Origin: Bugula neritina
Taxonomy: Eukaryota; Animalia; Bryozoa
NCBI GenBank assembly: GCA_964035545.1
Contig: OZ037765.1
Span: 16,802,995-16,866,994, forward strand
Length of the DNA stretch: 64,000 bases
Direction: 5' to 3'
The notes beneath the pieces were generated by a model. It was not told the origin of the DNA. It saw nothing but the letters and a program-made list of their open reading frames with translations, and made no database searches. Of this stretch, positions 58,333 to 64,000 are shown piece by piece. Positions within the stretch are counted from its first letter, which is position 1. Each line of letters opens with the position of its first letter. The position numbers were made by a program, and so were the translations under genes.

Positions 58333-61300
58333 GTACTACTACCACCACTACTACTACTACTGGTGAGTCTAAATAACTGACACCAGTTTTTGAAAGACGA
58401 TTTCAATAGTCTTGTTTTTCACATTTGATATTGAGGGGGCAGTGATACTCGTATATCTGCTTGATCAGTTTTAAAATAAATGTGAACAAGTTTGCTATGG
58501 CTATCTTACATTTCATAAACAAGGGGATTTTCTGTTTGATTCTTTATCCTCTTATGTTATCACGCAGCATTTCTTTCCTGACCAGTAACTATGCATGATT
58601 TGCAATCCATACAAATATGTTTATCTAAGCTCGTGCTTGGCAATAATTAAAGGAGGTGGGATGATATGGCAGTTGAGGGGATTCCCCACATGCTACTAAA
58701 ATCCCCTTATTTGAACTTGTTCTATTTAGCCTATCAACTAATCAAACGCTCGCTAGAACTTGCCTAGGCAACGTATTCATTTAGTGTGGACAGTTTTGTT
58801 GAACCTTTAAAAATCTCCTCAATCACAGTCATGTCTGCTGCAGGTAATTTACATTTACTTTAAAGTAAAGCTAGCTTTCATTTTGCTATTGAATTTTATG
58901 TGTCCAGATATTTTCAGTTTGGCTTGAGTCGTGTTGATTTTCAGTGAGTTTTGTCTGCTTTTTCTCATTTAAAGTATTGAAGTCAGTTAAGATACTAGTT
59001 TTTCAACATGATGATTTTAAACTACTGAAACTTTAGTTAAAATATATTTTTAGCAGCTTTTTACAGTAACTATTCCCATTAAGTTATTCCATTAATCAAT
59101 TAAATAATTATTCACGGTTTAGTTGTAATAATGAAATAAACTCAAATAATGTTTCACAGTTGAACATTGCCAATTGGTCATCTATAGAATTAGATATATG
59201 GTTGGTTTTTGGTTGCTTCTCAAAATTATGAAAATGGGGTAGCAACTTGATTTCTATTTTTCAAAAACCTGTGCCTTGTGTTTTTATGTTCATCTTAATA
59301 ACAATGATTAAAGCTGCATTAGCTTCAGCCAACTACAAGATGTTTTTCAACAGGTTGTTTTGTGTGACATTAAGTAACCCAAATAAATGTTTTAGCTTCA
59401 ATATTAAGGTTTGGGTAATGAAATTTCACAGTTTAAAAAAGTAAAATGCAATTAAAACATGTGGCAGTTCGGCCTTAATTTTTGTTATAATTAATTAGTT
59501 TTTTATTTTGATTCTAGCTGTAAGTAATAAGCTAAATTATACCAAATGATAAGGAAACTTCTTTTGATTGCATCTAGTATTTATAAACTCAGTGGCCATT
59601 GATAATCAAACCTCCGAATGCTCGTGTGAGTGAAGTTTACTCTACAATGAGCTACTAACGTCTAATTTTCAAAATTCCCAATAAATTTATCATCACAATG
59701 ACTTTTTCTCACATAAATTCTGCCCTAACTATTTATGTATACCCGAAATGATAGGCATCTATTTTTATCCCTGCCTAAAACTAGCATATGTATCCCATCA
59801 CATGCAAAGGCATCTGGGTTTGACAGAGCTCTTGTAATAGTAGCTATATTAGCATACTCAAGTCTCCAACATCGAAAGGCAGTATTGGAGTTGAGGAATA
59901 GTTAGATAATTTTTGCGTAGGTTGGCCATGTAGTTGATCAAAATATTAGCAATTTGGTTTTTTTAATTTAAGTTTTTTGAAGTCTAATTCATCTCATTAC
60001 ATACCTTTTTTCTGCTCAGAAACTTGAACCTAAGCAAACAGTTTACCCATAGGAAGGTTTACTATAAGTATTCTGAAAATGTTATGCTTTGGGTAGGGTC
60101 GGTGAAATTAGTTTATTCCAACGTAACCAATAAATATTTCTGCAACAATTGTTACTATAATATCTTAGTTAGTGGTAATACTCTGTAGATATATAACTAT
60201 AACGTTATAAATGTTGTTACAGTTGCACACGGTCAGTCCTCCCAACCTGAACCTATGGATGAAGATAAACCTATCAATTTGACGAAATCAAAAGACAGCC
60301 ATGTGCCAGCTACAGTTGAAACAATAGATGAAGTGGAATCAGATCACGCCCCCATTAATCTCATCAAGAGTGAGGTTGCTGATCCCGAGTCTACATCAGC
60401 TGTGGAGACTGCTAAGACATCAGAAGTGAAAAAAGAGCCTGCAGTAGAAGAGCCTGCAGTGGAAGAGCCTGCAGTGGAAGAGCCTGGAGCTAAGAGCGAG
60501 GAAGAAGATTTGGAGACAGATCACATGCCTGAACCCCGGCTAAGAAAAGATTTAAGCGTGAAAACTGCCGATCTCCTGCCGACCAAGACGGTTTGTATAT
60601 CTCTAACTAAACTCGTTTAGTTAACTTTGTGCACGTGTCAACAGCTGTGAGTTTAAGGGACAAGTTCTGATGTTGTGAAACTTCATTTTAGGTCAGAGGG
60701 GGTGAGCGCAAGAAACCAAGCAACGTAAAGTCACGGGATATGAATGTGGTAAATACAATAGAAGGGGAGTTAGAGAGTGAAAAATCTAAAGGTAAGTTGT
60801 TACAGAATCTTATCTCCTGATGGGACAATATATTTAGATCAGGCATTTTCCTCTTCCCTATCAACAGTTGCGTTACACCAAGCACTTTACTAATTGGGGA
60901 AAGGGGGATTTTCCAAAACCCGTAATGATTTTCATATCCATCATAACAAGCCTATGCCTATTATTCCATCAAGTGTTGTACATTAACCTCACATCAATCA
61001 ATTGTATTGTAATTACAATGCATGATTACAATTTTGTCCTTAATTTTTCATTAGTCTAAATTTGTTGCATTGTTTAAAGTACATGTAAAAACATCTAGGA
61101 TACAATGTGTTGTTTATAGTGATTTTTCTCTGCAGGCTTCCAGTGGTATAAAATATTTGCACTCAACAATCTTTCAATTATGAACACTGTTGGAATAATA
61201 GTGCATCAAGTTCAAGTTTTGCCGGTATTAGACGCAGCTGGTGTATGTTTTGCTGTAGCTTTCTTTCTTTTAATCAAAAAGTGTTGTATAATTTGGTGAT

Positions 61301-64000
61301 TCAGGTCCTAAATTGTGAAATACTTGAATAAATATTTAGCAGCCATAATTGAGCAACAGTAAAGTTCTACTTACTGCTTTGCTTGTAAACTTACCATTCA
61401 ACAAAAATAGCAGCTTTCTCATTAGAGTAAGAACTCTAAAATATGTAACTGTCATGACTTTCCATGGACTGATCAGTCCCAACACTAGCAGCCCATAACA
61501 TTGGAAAGGTCAGAGTTTAAACTCACTGTCTACTTGGTCATTCATATGTCAATCAATTTATGGATAAAAGCTGGTGGTAAATCAGGGCTAAGTGAACATA
61601 GCCAAGGTTCTTAACATCTGGTCATCACATAAGGGGGGAGGGTAACTACACAGGTTCAAACCAATTGAGTCATAAAACTATTTTCAGCTGCAGTAATGCT
61701 GGCTGGGATCAATTATTAGAAAGTTGGTTTTACCGTTTTTGTTGCCATGTAAAGGGCGGATGTCTACCATCAGCCATATATGCATATCTACATGAATAGT
61801 GCACTGTGTTGTAGTCCAGGGTCTGCAGTACCACGTATCTCTGTGTGAAGACATGGTTATTGATGCTGTAATGAACTACGCATCCACCGGCAATGCTCTC
61901 TATTTTGTATCCCAGTTCCGTCATTTCCTCACAGTGAAAGATGAATTCGGAGACAAGTGAGTGTTGGAACAACTAGCTCCCTGTGTTGTGGTTGTCCAGT
62001 TATAACTCCTAGAATATAGTCGTGGGTTGAGGTGTGTTGTATACATAAACTTTCTGGTGAATGAGGTTAGATTGAGAGCCTACGTATATTTTTAGCTCAA
62101 TACACATGGCTGTTATCAACGGACAACACCGGGCTTTAAAAGACATGTTGACTATGTGTGCTGCCACCAAAGCATTCTCAGTTATAAACCATCTGAATGA
62201 CAGACACGAGGTGAGGGTTTTATCTGTTTAAGCTTTTATAATTTAAGAGAAACAACTCTAGAAAGTTGTGTCCACGTTAATAGTATGTAGCTTTCCAGCT
62301 ATTGTAATCAACTAATACTCAAGGCATATTATTTATAAGGAAAATTTTTGAACAGTATATCAGTGCGAGTATATCATAACTGTTGAATGAGGTGAGGTGA
62401 TGACCATCAGGAAAAGTTCTAATGATAGTGGCTCCTGTATCTCTAGCTGTTAGTCTGGTTTATCGTAGAAATTTTACTTCATATAATATTGTCAAGGGTT
62501 TGTCTAGTAAAATCGTTTTATTCTGCAGACGCCTCTGCATTTAGCTGTAATGCTCGGTGACACTGAAATGGTGAAGGTTTTGCTGAGTCACAATGCAGAC
62601 CCATCAGTTAAAGACTATTCAGGCAATAACTGCTTTCACACAGCTGCCAAGAAAGGCAATTACAAAGTGACAGACCTCTTGTGTCGGTGGCTGAAATCAT
62701 CATCTCATGGCAGTTCAGCTGTTAACGATTTCAACTATGAAGGTATGTTACTAAGTAATTGATAATTGATTCTTAGAATTTATTGTTATTATATGAACTG
62801 CTTTCTCTATTGATTGTGGTTTTGAATTGTTGAATCATGAAAATTTAAAAACATAAGCTGAGTATACTAGTTGTCTTAATTCCTTGCTTCAAAAGTTTTT
62901 TTGAAGACTATAAGTAAAGCTCTTGATAATTATATCTAAAAGTTGGTTATTTTTAGGGTAGGTGAAGTGTTCCTAATAGTAAAATTATCCTTCTCCCTTT
63001 TAGGAACACTGGCTAGAACTTAAAATAACCTGAACAGTTTTTGGTGGTTGACCTGTTACAATAAATGTAGTATATAATATACCTGGTTTATAGGTTACAC
63101 ATCTCTTCACAAAGCTGTCTTTGGTGACAGTGTTGACTGCATTCGGGCACTGGTTAGTGTGGGGGCGGATGTGAACATGCCTGACAGAACTACTGGCAGG
63201 ACAGCACTGCACCATTCTGTACTCAGGTGTAACATCCACACCACTGCTGAGCTCGTTCTTCATGTAAGTCTGTTGCTCTGTAGATAGTACGTGTGGAGTA
63301 TTGGCTCTTTTCTCGAGCTCAATGTACTGTGGTATACGCACTCACCTTTCATTGTTCACAAATTCAACTTCAACTAGCAACCTGTATGTACAATGATGCT
63401 GATATAATGACTAAATATAGGTTTTACTTTTGATGTATTTCAAAAGCTGACGCAGTTTCTAAATACTTTTGGTTTGTTGTTACAGCCCTGCATAGATGTG
63501 GACCCTCAAGCATATGATGGTAACACTCCACTTCACCTCGCTGTATCTATTGGCAAACCTGATTTGTGTCGCATTCTTATTAAATCGGGAGCCAACCCAC
63601 TTTTGGAAAACCGAGATTTTTCAGATGAAGAAGTTGTTGGGAAGAATGCTTATGATCTGTGTGGTACAGATGATGTTGTAAGTCAGCTTGCCTTGCTTGT
63701 CTTCATATACATACCTCTAACCAAATATATTCAATTATTTTCCCTTTATTTTTTGAGGTGCCAAATAATAACCTTGAATGATTATCTTCTATTTATAGTT
63801 GCTGTCTACAATAAAATCAGCTTCGGATAAAGACAGTAGATCACTGCTTCTAGTTGGCTCAATTGACAGCCTTCCCAAAAACACAACTAAACAGCTGTCA
63901 ACGCTGTTGGATGATAGCCAAGATTGGAAGCGCCTTGCTGAAAACTTTGGGTTATCTTCACTTGTCGATTTCATGGAGAGAAGTGGCACCCCAACCCTGT
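46273..64000 (+). CDS. NFKB1: NF-kB p105/p100/Relish-class precursor (RHD-IPT-NLS-GRR-linker-7 ANK-death domain); continues beyond right edge
   Basis: Phase-consistent exons 46273-46338, 47555-47734, 47933-48236, 49734-49918, 50646-50815, 51021-51100, 51381-51557, 52550-52657, 52785-52861, 52975-53113, 53514-53627, 54798-54884, 60223-60590, 60692-60791, 61815-61956, 62096-62210, 62529-62742, 63094-63263, 63486-63677, 63799->64000 (~1063 codons). Motifs: ILEQP..GYRFRYEVEG..HGGL.G, FGNLTIL, LRICRVS, EIFLLCEKV.KDDIKVKF, FAIV..PPY, NLS RKRKR, GGGGGG, NYASTG...RHFLTVKDEFGD, TPLHLAV ankyrins, death domain DWKRLAENFGL. The symbol denotes the subfamily; one-to-one orthology was not tested. Confidence 0.95.
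46585..46857. repeat. Polypyrimidine/polypurine (CT-rich) tandem repeat in NF-kB intron
   Basis: Almost pure C/T tract with a recurring ~50-56 bp unit (CTCTCCCTCCCTTCCTCTCACTCTCAC...CCCTCCCCCTCCCCC). Confidence 0.9.
48570..48579. promoter_or_regulatory. kB consensus site in NF-kB intron
   Basis: GGGATTTCCC matches GGGRNWYYCC. Confidence 0.4.
49370..49706. repeat. ~18-bp minisatellite (GTGAGTAAGTGTGTATRT)n
   Basis: About 18 degenerate copies, ending ~27 nt before the acceptor at 49733. Confidence 0.92.
51590..52485. repeat. 25-bp AT-rich minisatellite (TAGTATAATATGTATATAGTATGTA)n
   Basis: Near-perfect tandem array filling most of the intron between the RHD and IPT exons. Confidence 0.95.
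54151..54655. mobile_element. Non-autonomous hAT-superfamily MITE
   Basis: Perfect 8-bp TSD GTTCAGAC (54143-54150, 54656-54663); imperfect TIRs CAGGGTTGGGGTCAATTG / CAATTATCCCAACTCTA; subterminal AATTAC and GTAATTAATTAC repeats. Confidence 0.85.
54919..55450. repeat. 22-bp palindrome-containing minisatellite (GCTAGTATATAGACAGTCTATT)n
   Basis: About 24 head-to-tail copies with no spacers, each with an ATAGAC-A-GTCTAT-type internal palindrome. Confidence 0.92.
55584..56328. mobile_element. Non-autonomous TIR DNA transposon (possibly PIF/Harbinger-type)
   Basis: ~43-bp imperfect inverted repeats: CACACTTTGCCATAACGTCAACGGTACCGGCAAATG (from 55587) vs CATTTGACAGTACCGTCAACGTTACGGCAAAGTGTG (to 56318); CpG-rich interior; left end appears partly deleted. 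Confidence 0.65.
57039..58362. repeat. ~1.3-kb (ACT)n/(GCT)n trinucleotide expansion in NF-kB intron
   Basis: Pure triplet array with higher-order duplicated blocks (GCTAGTGCTACTAATACT...AGTTCT). It explains the four long homopolymeric ORFs in the ORF track. Confidence 0.95.
58523..58843 (+). promoter_or_regulatory. Intronic kB-site cluster and candidate alternative first exon (ATG TCT GCT GCA G|GTAATT)
   Basis: GGGGATTTTC 58523-58532, GGGGATTCCCC 58677-58687, reverse GGGGATTTT 58698-58706, X-box-like CTTGCCTAGGCAAC 58759-58772, ATG at 58831, donor at 58844 in phase 1 matching the acceptor at 60222. Confidence 0.55.
60903..60914. promoter_or_regulatory. kB consensus site in the intron preceding the first ankyrin exon
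   Basis: GGGGGATTTTCC. Confidence 0.45.

Noticed and set aside
56885-58406. Four 455-487 aa ORFs (poly-Thr mucin-like, poly-Leu, poly-Val, poly-Ser)
   Set aside because: By-products of the (ACT)n array. The Thr frame has no ATG and would need a phase-0 upstream exon, whereas the preceding NF-kB exon ends in phase 1.
60223-64000. Ankyrin/death-domain exons as a separate IkB gene (split NF-kB)
   Set aside because: Exon 54884 splices in phase to 60223 with no stop, and the pre-ankyrin YASTG...RH..KDEFGD signature is p105-like. A single gene with a possible internal promoter is more parsimonious.

Overview
AT-rich, intron-containing invertebrate (metazoan) DNA; a lophotrochozoan origin is a guess and was not tested. 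I assembled four spliced protein-coding genes by hand from GT-AG junctions, and reading phases are consistent. They form two head-to-head pairs. (1) GRWD1/Rrb1 (-, 5' part; runs off the left edge). (2) An unnamed ~786-aa gene (+, 13385-21854) combining a ZAD-like C4 domain, an RRKQxxP motif and an intron-split, piggyBac-transposase-like Cys/His finger. (3) A ~560-aa Src-family kinase (-, 37717-29868). (4) A p105/Relish-type NF-kB (+, 46273 to beyond 64000) with RHD, IPT, NLS, Gly-rich region, 7 ankyrin repeats and a death domain. A 5'-truncated CR1/L2-group LINE with intact ORF2 sits between genes 2 and 3. NF-kB introns hold several minisatellites, an (ACT)n expansion, a hAT MITE with an 8-bp TSD and a second TIR element. 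Most notable: (a) a kB-site cluster plus an in-frame ATG mini-exon in the intron between the RHD and ankyrin halves, suggesting NF-kB induces an IkB-only transcript from its own gene; (b) the chimeric ZAD/piggyBac-finger factor; (c) TpA-rich, triplet-periodic islands directly downstream of all four inferred promoters; (d) a candidate 15-nt microexon in the Src activation loop. Domain calls come from motif recognition only; no database searches were run.
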